From positions 1-64,000 of the forward strand of contig NMRA01000953.1 in the NCBI GenBank assembly GCA_002633005.1: a stretch of DNA of 64,000 nucleotides, read 5' to 3'. Positions 30,201-40,180 of the stretch are shown here, one piece after another. The stretch's first letter is position 1, and every line of letters begins with the position of its first letter. The translations under genes and the position numbers were made by a program. Below the pieces are notes generated by a model. The model had not been told where the DNA came from and did no database searches. It worked only from the letters and a program-made list of their open reading frames with translations. Source of the stretch: Phoronis australis. Its lineage: Eukaryota; Animalia; Phoronida.

Positions 30201-33200
30201 TTTTAACCACGGCATTGTGTATAATGCAACGAAAGCTCGATATTCTTTTGGAAAATTTCAACTCCTATCGCACACCAGCGAGCGAACAATTCGTTGACAT
30301 TCTTCTTCCAGACAGGTAAATGCTTTCCGTCTCTAGTTGCCTCTTTTTGTAGCATTACTCACGCAAGCTTTAACCAACACCACACACCACCCATGTCACA
30401 TCATTTAGGGACTAGGCAGCCAATAAAGTCACCACCACGATTCCACTTAACTTCTATCCTAACTTCTTATCAAGAGCTGAACATATGTGCCAATTGTCAT
30501 CTTGGTCCTTTTGGCGGGTTCGCAGATAGAAAGGCTCACGCTAGAAAATGGACTGGAAATTCAAAACACACTTCAAGGTGTCACAAAATGGACAAATCCG
30601 TCCGTAAATGAGACGTCGCAGAGCAGAAACCTATTTTCCGATTTCATAAAAAATCCATCGCAAAACTCTAAATTAACTGAGATAAACGTAAATACACTAA
30701 TTTTGTAACCACGAGACACAGCGGTATTCGGATCAGTCCGAAATTCGTCGCCATCTTGCGCCAGCTTCATAGAAACACCTCTGCCAAATACCATTAAGTA
30801 TTAAGATCCTGCAAGAGGATTAAAGAGACATAGGAATAGACAGTCGGTGCCCGACTAGGAAGCTTTGACCAGTTGATGGTAATGTGCATCCTCATAGAAA
30901 TAGCCAAGTGGGCGCATAAAAATAGGTTTCAGTTTCCATTTCAGATGGAGATGGACAAGCTAAATGTGTTACAAACATTCTACATAAAAGTACGTCACCA
31001 AGAAGAATACATAGAATTAGTAATATCATCGTAAAGAGAAAGCCGGGTAAAACACTGCACGAATTACATGTCTTTTATAAGTAACGGAGATCTCTGCAAA
31101 GCTATGGACGTATTTGCATAGAATTTAAAATCCGAACCTCATACCATAGCTCAGACACCATTGGTAAACAAAAGCAGACGTGAAAAAACGAAGAACGTCT
31201 TCACTCAAATACCGTAAGAATGTGACGATTTCTGCATACAAGAAATGCTCCAGAGTAGGCCATATACTAATACACATGTACATGTACACTGTATCTAGAG
31301 TATAAGAAGATAACAAAATAAGATATTGTGGAATAACATTCGGTTGATTGATAGCAAAACATACTTTATCAAAACAAATATAAAGCGAAGCCTGGTTATC
31401 AATGCTCAGTGGCGGATCTACGGGGGGGGGGGGGGNAAAAAAAACAAAAACATCTCCAGCAAAAAAAAACGGCACCGCCAGCGTCTGTAAACCCCAACTA
31501 AACCAACTTGGAAAAAAATGAGGGGGTGAGCTCACTCTGAAAATATGTTTTTTTGCATTGTGAATTGCTGTTATGAAAATTAACGCATTTCGATTCTTCG
31601 TGGCTCATCGGCAAAACCCCGGAGATCAAATGTGCGCGCGCTTCCGTCGACACTTCTGAAGTAGACTAGCCAAGCATTTTAGATGGATCCATCGCCGAAA
31701 AGAGCAGCTCTATAGCTGATTTCTTTAGGAAACTATTTTCTTTACTCTAAGATATGTTTTGATTTGATTAGGGGAAATACTGTGGTGCCGCAACCCTGAT
31801 ATTCAGGCGAATTGACGTGCAACGTTTTTAATCATCTCTCATGCCGTGTCATCCTATTACACCCCACACGTTTGTAACTGGTGTATAGTAAAGTTGTCTT
31901 GTGCAGTATCATACAGAGTACATGTACATGTAATACTTTTGAAAAAAAACTCGTTTTCCGAAGAACTGCTATTGTGGCGGGCGCCGTGGTCTGGTCGCGA
32001 GTCTGTTTGAAGATGCACTCTAACAAGTTATGTCTATACAAGGANNNNNNNNNNNNNNNNNNNNNNNNNNNNNNNNNNNNNNNNNNNNNNNNNNNNNNNN
32101 NNNNNNNNNNNNNNNNNNNNNNNNNNNNNNNNNNNNNNNNNNNNNNNNNNNNNNNGACGAATATGATGATGGTGGTGGCGATGATGAACAACATCTCAAC
32201 ATTCATATGATGAACTTAGATGTCATAAATCAATAAGAAATGGGCTACAGTCTAGTTCATAGAAGGTAAACCAACATCAATGCAGCCAGAGCGCTCAACA
32301 AAGGAACAACGTTATCAGAAAATCTCAAATAACTCAAAAATTAGACGTCCTAGCGGAAAATGGAAAACATCTTCTGAAAGCCCGTTCAAAATTCTATCTA
32401 AACTGATGTTATCGTTTTATTCCGTAAATTTTTCGAAAAAAATGAAATTTTGAGTTTTTTTTAAGAAATTCAAAGTCAAATAACTCGAAAACGGTAAGTC
32501 TCAGAAAGAAATTGTTACGGGCCATTTGAAAGAATATACCTCAAAGAATCCAAATGCAAAAAATCACGTCTTTTTCTCTTCCGATTTAAAATCGCATTCC
32601 AGCACGACTGAAAATGGGTCAACATGCGCCAGATCCGCCATCTTGAAAGCAACTTCCGGTTTTTTGGTTTTGTATAATAGCATGTCATAAGAAACTAATA
32701 CCTGTAAAAATTCGAAGGAATTGGTCTGATAATGCGCCCTCTAGAGGAGAAAACGTTTTTAGGCCTAAGTCGAGGTGCGCATGCGCGATCGCCGATATTT
32801 CCGCCATATTAAACCGCAAGTAAACAATTTCGGGCAAACTTGTAGCAAACTTCCGGTCCATTTACTGTGCCGATTCTTAGCTTTTTACGTAAAAAATTGT
32901 AGCCTCCAGAAGCATTTCAACCTTTTAATGGAAACAAAATGGCCGCCACAGCCGCCATCTTGGATCCGATTTTGACGAAAAACAACAGGTTTCCAGTACT
33001 TTTGGAAGTACGTGTTATGTGTAAATTTCGTGATGATCGGACGAAAATTGCGACCTGTATCGTGCGAACAACCAACAAAAAAATGAAAGCGCTCTGAGGA
33101 GCGAAACTTGGAGAAATTAACCAAAAAAAACACGTTCGAGAGGACGAGAAAAGACGACGACAGAGATGATGACGAAGATGACAGCTATGACGACGATGGT

Positions 33201-36200
33201 GGCGATAATGGACAACCCTAGTTATGATATCATTCATATAACGAACGTAGAGGTCAGAAATCACTAAGAAATAGGCTACAGTCTTGAGCGACACTTGGCG
33301 AAATTAACTGAAGAAAAGACGACGTCGGAGATGATGACGCAGATGACGAATATGATGATGGTGGTGGCCATGATGAAGAACATCATAACATTCATATGAC
33401 GAATTTAGATGTCATAAATCATTGAGAAATAGGCTGCAGTCTAGTTCAATAGAAGCTAAACCAACCTGAATGCAGCAAGAGCGCTCAACAAAGGTGCAGC
33501 GTTATCACAAAATCTCAAATAACTCGAAAAGTAGACGTCGTAGAGAAAAATGGAAAGCATCTCCTGAAAGCCCGTTCAAAGCTCTATCTAAACCGATGGT
33601 ATCGTTTAATTCCGTAAATTTTTCGAAAAAAGTGAAATTTTGCGTTTTTTCAGAATTTCAAAGTCAAATAACTCGAAAACGGTAAGTCTGAGAAAAAAAT
33701 TGTTACAGGCCATTTGAAAGATAATACTTCAAAGAATTGACATGCAAAAAATCACGTCTTTTTCTCTTCCCGTTTAAAATTACATCCCAGACGACTGAAA
33801 ATGGGTCAACATGCGCCATATCCGCCATCTTGAATGCAACTTCCGGTTTTTTGAAAGATAATACATCAAAGAAATGACATGCAAAAAATCACGTCTTTTT
33901 CTCTTCCCGTTTAAAATTGCATCCCAGACGACTGAAAATGGGTCAACATGCGCCATATCCGCCATCTTGAATGCAACTTCCGGTTTTTTGGCTTTCTATA
34001 ATAGCATGTTACAAGAAACTATTACCTGTAAAAATTCAAAGGAATTTGTCTGATAATGCGCCCTCTAGAGGAGAAAACGTTTTTAAGCCAAAATCGAGGT
34101 GCACATGCGCGAACACCGATATTTCCGCCATCTTTAGCCGGAAGTAAACAATTTCCGGTATTCTTGTAGCAAGGTTCCGGTCCATTTACTGTGCCGATTC
34201 TTAGCATTTTACGTAAAAAATTGTAGCCTCCAAAAGCATTTGAACCTTTAAATGGAAACAAAATGGCCGCCACAGCCGCCATCTTGGATCCGATTTTGAC
34301 GAAAAACAACAGGCTTCCAGTACTTCCGAAAGTACATGTACGTGTTATGTGTAAATTTCGTGATGATCAGACGAAAATTGCGACCTGTATGGTGCGAACA
34401 AACAAAAAAAACAAACTTAATGTCAGAGCAATATACTTGGCGAAATTTATTTCGCCAAGTAGAAATGAAAGCGCTCCGAAGAGCGAACCTTCGCGAAATT
34501 AACCAAAAAGATGACGATAAAGATGATGACGAAGGCGACGAATATGACGGCGGTGGTGGCGAAGATGAACAAAAGAAGTAATAATAACATACACATGACG
34601 AACGTATAAGTCCGAAATCAGTAAGAAAAAGGATACAGTCTTGTGCGACACTTGGCGAAATTTACGGAAAAGATAACGACGGAGATGATGACGAAGATGA
34701 TGATGATGACGACGAATATGATGATGGTGGTGGCGATGATGAAAAACATCACAACATTCATATGATGAACTTAGATGTCATAAATCAATAAGAAATAGGC
34801 TACAGTCTAGTTCAATAGAAGATAAACCAACATCGATGCAGCAAGATCGCTCAACAAAGGAACAGTGTAATCAGAAAATCTCAAATAACTCGAAAAGTAG
34901 ACGTCCTAGCGAAAAATGAAAAACATCTTCTGAAAGCCCGTTCAAAATTCTATCTAAATTGATGGTATCGCTTAATCCCGTAAATTTTTCAAAAAAAATG
35001 AAATTTTGCGTTCAAAGTCAAATAACTCGAAAACGGTAAGTCTGACAAAAAATTGTTACAGGCCATTTGAAAGATTTTACTTCAAAGAATCTACATTAAA
35101 AAAATCACGTCTTTTTCTTTTCCCGGTTAAAAACGCACTCCAGACGACTGAAAATGGATCAACATGCGCCATATCCGCCATCTTGAAAGCAACTTTCGGT
35201 TTTTTGGCTTTGTATAATAGCATTTTACAAGAAACTAATACCTGTAAAAATTCGAAGGAATTGGTCTGATAATACGCCCTCTAGAGGAGAAAACATTTTT
35301 AGGCCAAAATTGAGGTGCACATGCGCGATTGCCGATATTTCCACTTTCTTTACCCGGAAGTAAACAATTTCCGGTAAACTTGTAGAAAACTTCCGGTCCA
35401 TTTACTGTGCCGATTCTTAGCTTTTTACGTAAAAAATTGTAGCCTCCAGAAGCATTTGAACCTTTAAATGGAAACAAAATGGCCGCCACAGCCGCCATCT
35501 TGGATCCGATTTTAACGAAAAACAATAGGCTTCCAGTACTTCCGAAAGTACGCGTTATGTGTAAATTTCGTGATGATCGGACAAAAATTGCGACCTGTAT
35601 CGTGCGAACAAAGGAAAAAAAAACAAAAAAAACAAACTTAGTGTCAGAGCAATATACTTGGCGAAATTTATTTTGCCAAGTAATAAATTTGTGACTTAGC
35701 AGGACCAGCCGTGGAGTCAAATCATATGAAGTGTCCACCGAAGATAAGGTTGTGCCTGTTTTCACCCACGCAGAAAGTTTCTGAACCCTGAACCACTGGA
35801 ATGGCAGTAGTCAGTCCAGTGGCGTGGCGAGAACCTCCTTACCCCACAGTTAACAGGTGCCTTGCGCCCCTTGGACAACACCTGTTTGGCACCCCTTTCC
35901 GAAGGCGACCGGGGTACCTGAGCCACCCCCCTTTGCTACGTCAAAGAGCCAATCATTCGTCATGTATGAAGTCCATCCGGTGCTTGCGTTGATCTTTATT
36001 GACCTCAAGTAGTATATGCCATGAACCGAGTTGTCATTCGTGAATTGTTACCTATTAGTCCTTATGTTTGCCGCACGGCCAGAAGTATTCGATTTTGGGG
36101 TTTGCGGGGATGCAAACACCAAATTTCTGGCAATCGCTGGATATTAAAGTTTGTAGCAACCTTCGAAACAATTGAGAACTGTTTAACTGGACCAAGTGCA

Positions 36201-37049
36201 TTTCGTGTAATGCTTTATAAAGAAAAACTAGGTAGAGGTAAGAATTTCACTTTAAATTATGAACAAGTTAGGAATGGATGAACAAAAGATCAGTTTTTGG
36301 AAAGGTGCAACATGGCTGCTACTGAGTGTCAAAATTTACCGAAAAGTGCTTCATTAAAAAAACCCTCCAAATAGCCATTTTTGCCGCTCAAATTCTAGAC
36401 ACACATATTTGAAAATATTGGGCCATTAAATTATCAAATCGCAGTCCTTTCAAACCGTATCACTAAATGATCAGCAATCAAATTCGTCTTCTTCTGCGCC
36501 AATTTTTCATTGCATAATGGAGGTACAGGTCATAAAGAATAATTGATGGAAATTCTTAAAAAGTGATTTTTTACATTTCACGAAACCAAACTCATGCGCT
36601 AAGTTTAAAAATATGTATAGCCTCTACCTGTTGGCTTTTATATGGAGTCACTCTTAACTTTTAAGCATGTAGGGTGTCGCCCGGCTGATATTACTAATAT
36701 GCTCAGCGTTATTAAAGGACAGTTACTGAGCTTGAAAAATATTGGGACGAAACTTAATGTACTAAGCATACCAAGATTATATTTTTGACCTACGCAACAT
36801 CTTCTAAAAAAACAAAGCTTTCAAAGAGAGAACATTGGTTTTGTGATATATACTCGAAAGAACTTAATGAGAAAAACCTATCAATTTTGACAAGAGCTCT
36901 GATGTAACACTTGAGCACTCAGACTAGAAACGTTACTGTTTAGTAGATTCATTCATTATCGTACTTGAAAATATCAGAAATATGTCTTACCTTGAATTCA
37001 CTTCAGTTATGAAAAAAAATAATAAGATCAACTGAAGCAAACGAACCAT
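1..37049 (-). CDS. Giant secreted WSC + F-type lectin + Cys-rich/EGF-like + FnIII/Ig-like repeat protein (multi-exon, 3'-partial)
   Basis: Exons 36991-37049, 28804-29081, 17963-18166, 16388-16591, 16048-16170, 15676-15798, 15139-15411, 12401-12536, 8615-9770, 6699-7887, 3656-5088, 2866-3565, [exon expected in N gap], 1602-1857, 544-730, <1-281. All have GT-AG boundaries. Phases are compatible at every junction except across the gap. About 6.6 kb of coding sequence. Confidence 0.85.
544..730 (-). CDS. Exon, FnIII-like repeat
   Basis: tttcag|CT...AG|gtac. Translates LKPGRRYVATVEACNSVGLCRRASSDGIIIDPTPPLSGIV. Confidence 0.88.
1602..1857 (-). CDS. Exon, FnIII-like repeat
   Basis: caatag|GCT...T|gtgag. 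Translates AINGAGLMTSSYAKFVYDSSPPSSGLVRD...VSWDGFHDPHSPITEYHVGV. Confidence 0.88.
2398..2856. other. Assembly gap (N run)
   Basis: Run of n characters. Confidence 1.
2866..3565 (-). CDS. Exon, FnIII-like repeats
   Basis: ttttag|GAC...G|gtgcg. Contains CSNGFIVDTNSPIPGEV...VDWNSFVD...YWYSLG. Confidence 0.88.
3656..5088 (-). CDS. Large exon, FnIII-like repeats
   Basis: ttgcag|GA...CAG|gtgag. Contains the 432-aa ORF with KVFNKAGL, DVDY and CVAWAGF motifs. Confidence 0.9.
5365..5575. mobile_element. Foldback/MITE-like palindromic element (~210 bp)
   Basis: The left arm agttacttactagaagactacaagttgggtacgcataatgtttcgagcctg...gcccttgttcacatgactga matches the reverse complement of the right arm (...tcagtcacgtgaacaagggc...caggcttgaaacgttatgcgtacctagcttatagtcttctagtaagtaact) over ~90 bp with few mismatches. 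Confidence 0.8.
6699..7887 (-). CDS. Large exon, FnIII-like repeats
   Basis: ttctag|GCA...G|gtacg. Contains ILIDASPPTTGVARDG...DVDYQSDMTLSGIWHGFYDHESGVSYY and ILVDETPP. Confidence 0.9.
8615..9770 (-). CDS. Large exon, Ig/FnIII-like region
   Basis: ttgcag|A...TCA|gtaagt. Contains WLDP...ASGIDY, KIDSTPP and DAHSGLHDVKWKMG. Confidence 0.9.
12401..12536 (-). CDS. Exon of giant repeat protein
   Basis: ttttag|GT...AA|gtatt. Phase 1->2 bridges the neighbouring exons exactly. Confidence 0.75.
15139..15411 (-). CDS. Exon of giant repeat protein
   Basis: ttccag|TT...G|gtaag. Translates LTLKPTLHSC...KPSYIKDYHFGIIDA. Confidence 0.82.
15676..15798 (-). CDS. Exon, EGF-like Cys-rich module
   Basis: Translates TCSWLKDAQCWPGKCGDQNLLSSCQCAQGFYRDNSTRNCE (six Cys, CxCxxGF). 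Phase 1-1. Confidence 0.85.
16048..16170 (-). CDS. Exon, Cys-rich module
   Basis: ttatag|GA...G|gtaag. Translates CIVPLHCTSYLCLENRPACTKCDLQSPAGSAYYLSNGQCL. Phase 1-1. Confidence 0.78.
16388..16591 (-). CDS. Exon, C-terminal half of F-type lectin (fucolectin/FTP) domain
   Basis: Translates DRLHDFTIDV...CNPHVYGRYLFIQLQGTGILTLCEVSVK. GRY and LxLCEV are F-type lectin hallmarks. Confidence 0.9.
17963..18166 (-). CDS. Exon, N-terminal half of F-type lectin domain
   Basis: atatag|CA...G|gtatg. Translates NGITYQKPTDQSSGDDGANAVDGF...SCTHTSEEYKPWWRVDL...TITNRGDCC. Not reported in the ORF track. Confidence 0.92.
27961..28080 (+). repeat. Degenerate (GTTTTT)/(GT)n microsatellite
   Basis: agtttttgtttttgtatttgtttttgtgtttgtgtgtgcg...gtgtgtatgtgtgtgc. 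Confidence 0.7.
28400..28620 (-). mobile_element. Short non-autonomous element, pearl/HINE-like
   Basis: The minus strand has a degenerate (GTCT/GTCC/GTTC)n microsatellite after cattatgct and ends cggtgcggcccctagtttt. This layout resembles Helentron-associated elements of invertebrates. Confidence 0.45.
28804..29081 (-). CDS. Exon, WSC carbohydrate-binding domain
   Basis: Translates CYED...RLL...[26 protein letters not shown]...SECNMKC...CGASKRIAVY, the classic WSC Cys pattern. The acceptor is cagcag (alternative start 29084); the donor is G|gtaag. Confidence 0.92.
32045..32155. other. Assembly gap (N run)
   Basis: Run of n characters. Confidence 1.
32156..35686 (-). repeat. Tandem array of ~1.2-1.4 kb units, part of a HINE/pearl-like (Helentron-associated) element in intron 1
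   Basis: The unit start gacgaatatgatgatggtggtggc recurs at 32156, 33345 and 34711. Units share the blocks aaatggccgccacagccgccatcttggatccg and (GAT/GAC)n tracts. The right end has the hairpin cttggcgaaat..tttgccaagtaataa next to an A-rich microsatellite. Confidence 0.85.
35817..35946. mobile_element. Small degenerate MITE (CAGTGGCGT.../...GCTACG ends)
   Basis: Starts cagtggcgtggcga and ends tttgctacgtcaaag, an imperfect TIR, with internal gcgcccc/gcacccc motifs. Confidence 0.4.
36991..37049 (-). CDS. First coding exon (signal peptide) of the giant lectin/FnIII gene
   Basis: ATG...MVRLLQLILLFFFITEVNS + AG|gtaag. Hydrophobic core with a small residue at -1. Phase 2 matches the WSC exon acceptor. 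Confidence 0.75.
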
Positions 37050-37200
37050 TCTTCCGTTGAAAGCTGCCGTATCATGTGTGCATGTAATTTGCAGCTGTAT
37101 CATTTGAAACGGCTTTGGCGAAGTTCCAGCTTCTGATAACGGTCGGCTAGGTGATTAATAACAAATGTTTAACAACTTGTTATGTTGAGCAGACAGGTTA

Positions 37201-37210
37201 CAATTTATAA
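37201..37210 (-). promoter_or_regulatory. Candidate TATA box (TTATAAATTG)
   Basis: About 150 bp upstream of the ATG at 37049. The identical 10-mer lies at a similar distance upstream of the paralogous ATG at 44102. Confidence 0.45.
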
Positions 37211-40180
37211 TGTGTCTTTCGTTTCTTCACAGCGCTATTAGCTGATGACAACGCATAGACTGGGCCAAGGTATTATGCTTAATGTAAGCCTCGCTCCAAT
37301 GAGCAACGCGGGGAGCAGGGGACACAGCTTCTCCAGACACTCGAACAGTACCCCAATGTTTATAAAAATATTCAGGTCTTCCAGAGATAATTAACAAAAT
37401 CAATGTTTTTAAAAATGGTTGTATGGAACTTGACTTAAATAAAAATTAAAGTTTTATTCGAAATAGTTTAAAATTTCTTTTTAATGTTTAATCTTTTTTG
37501 TGAGTTTTATAACGTCATAAACATGACAATTGTGCTAGCCTTCTTTTCGGATCATCACCTTGACTGTACATTGCTTATTGTGTATGAAAAAGGATATTTG
37601 TTTTCATATTTGCTGTATATTTAATATATACATGTATCATTGTAATATTAACATTAGTTGACCAGTTTATGTATTTGTGTATGATGTTATATCAATTTTT
37701 TTGTGCTGCACTGTTATGCATAGATACAAAGGCTCTTGGCTTTTTCTGGGTCTCTATATTTACTGCATTGACTATTTCACAATAAACATTAATAGAGAAT
37801 CCTACACGAATCTCAAGTTGATGACATGGGCAAACACTTTTGGAAATTTTGTTAAAATCCCGAGGCTTGCAGTAATTCAGATACGTTTTGTTAATAAATC
37901 TATTTTAAGCTTAACAATTCATATTACATTCAGCTTTCGTAGCAAATACTGAAGTTATAATCTAATAAATAGTATTTTAAGTTGTAATATTAAAACACAA
38001 ACATGCTTAGAAATAAGAGTTAGCAAGGCTTCTCCGCGCGTGAGCACAGGAATGACCTTGAGACAGCACTGTTAGACAGTCTCGCTGCGTTTCTTGAGTT
38101 GGGGCTCGTCTCCGCTTGAATGAACGTGGGCATGGAATTTGTTTCCGAAGATGGGTCAGTTTAAGAAGTTGTTTGGATGTCCTTCCGACTGGGAGTACGT
38201 GCGGTTGTGACACCTGATTTGTCAACAATAACCTTGTCACCTTCTAGGAATTCCAGAACTGTTTGGTTGGCGCGCTTTTTAGTGTTTTGCAGACGATGAA
38301 ATGTAAGGCATATGGGTTTTTCTATGTGATTCGCCCATGTAATAGCAAATAATAGGTAATCAATGTTATTAACCAGACTTGTCGTTCCACATTCCAGTTC
38401 ACGTGAGAAAAATGTATGTGAGTCATCCAGCCCATATGAATGTTAATTGGGCAGTACCGGATTTGGCATCCACTTAATTATTTAATAAGAATTGTTTTTG
38501 TCTATATACCATATTCATGCCTTAACCATGTTCTTTATTTTAACATTTACTCGAATGTTAAGTGTTTCTGGAATGCTTAATTAATTTAATTACTAAAACC
38601 TTTTGATTTTGTCCGTGGAGTTTCATGTGCATCGAGTCAAACTAAGCCAAAGGTAAGGTCGACAGTAAATGGGCAGCGGTTACATGTATACACACCACGC
38701 AGCGGGGAGATTGATACTCAAGTTACCAACTAAGAAATAGTGTCGGTGGTTAAAGTACCCCATGAGCATGAGATTGAAACAATGAAATGTGAAATTACTG
38801 AAGAAGTAATGCAATTCGGAAAAGGATCATCTTTTTTACAACACCGCTATGTGTGAAAACATGTCCTGAATGAGGCAACTTGAGTTCATGAACATGAATT
38901 TAAATGGTTTATTATTCAAAACAAGCGTGAATTCTGAGTTTAGAGGGAGCTTACAATTTCCTTAGGTCGAGCTCGTAACACTTTGTCTGACCTTCACATT
39001 TAGTTCCTCCCGAGCCCAAAAACAGTTCTAAATTGAGTAGGAAGAAGATACGACTAATTTTATAACGGTAAATGGCGAAACAGAATGCACGGGATCATAT
39101 TTGTTTTAACGTTTTTTTTTTGGTTTGCTCATTGTACTAGACAGTGCTTTCAGACAAATTACACATCAACTAATGCATGGATAGTGCTGTGATAGAATTA
39201 AACAGAAGAACTCGAAGAAGCTTCTCAAAAAGAAAGTGTTTAAATATAAGAATGGTGATAATGCCACTTACCAATGTAGTTAGAGTTGTCCAGTTTGTCC
39301 CGAATTGTTTTTAGAATACTGACTCTGAACGTGAAATTTACCTGCTTAACAACCGTTAGTCGCCTTCAGGAAGCTCAATACAAAAGTCTTTTTTGCCTTT
39401 TTATCTTTCGTTTCCATAACTTGCCGTTTTTTGTCGTTAAGAAGACCTTGTTCAAATGGCAGTCACTCGTCGTTAAGTCGCAAATTGTCGCAACTGTTCA
39501 ATTTTGTGGAAATTTGTGGAACATCACAGGGACAGATTGAACCTTTTGCAAGGAGAGCGTAACGGATATTTGTGGATGATGATCAAAACACAGCACCACA
39601 TTGCAGTCAAACGCATATTTATTTAAGAAGTTGCCATCCGCACTACTAAATGAGCATATGAATTTTCAGTGTTACACTGTTATTAAATTTATCTAAATAA
39701 AACGACAAACACAAAAATTGCGAATGCCAAACAAGGAGCTCATTGTAAAAATTCCAGGGTCTGACGAATACAAAATTTTTCAAGCAAAAACTCATGAAAT
39801 CAATATATGAGCTTTTCTATAATAAAGAGCACGTTCTTGTGTCAGCAAAGGCATGAGATGTTGTTTGCTCTGAGGAAGCAAAAATAATTCGAAAATATAT
39901 TTAAGAATCACACACCTTTTTAAGTTTGAACTGCACGCCACCTAATGGCCAAATTACGTAATCTTATGAGCATGAGATGGAAAAATTTCTGCCCCTGACC
40001 GGGACTTGGGCACAGTGATGCATTTAAACTAAGAAGTTTATGTACATTGTGTTAAATGATTTTGGTCAAAGTTTGGTAGTCTATAGCGTACCAGCTTCGA
40101 CACGTGGAGCTAAAATTTGAAACATAGACTGGTGACATAGTTCTTCATCATATACAAATGAACTTCGCGTCAATGGTTTG

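Noticed and set aside
32775-35765. Repeated ORFs containing KIGSKMAAVAAIL / MAATAAIL and Asp-rich stretches
   Set aside because: Translations of the tandem repeat unit; the frames are not conserved between units.
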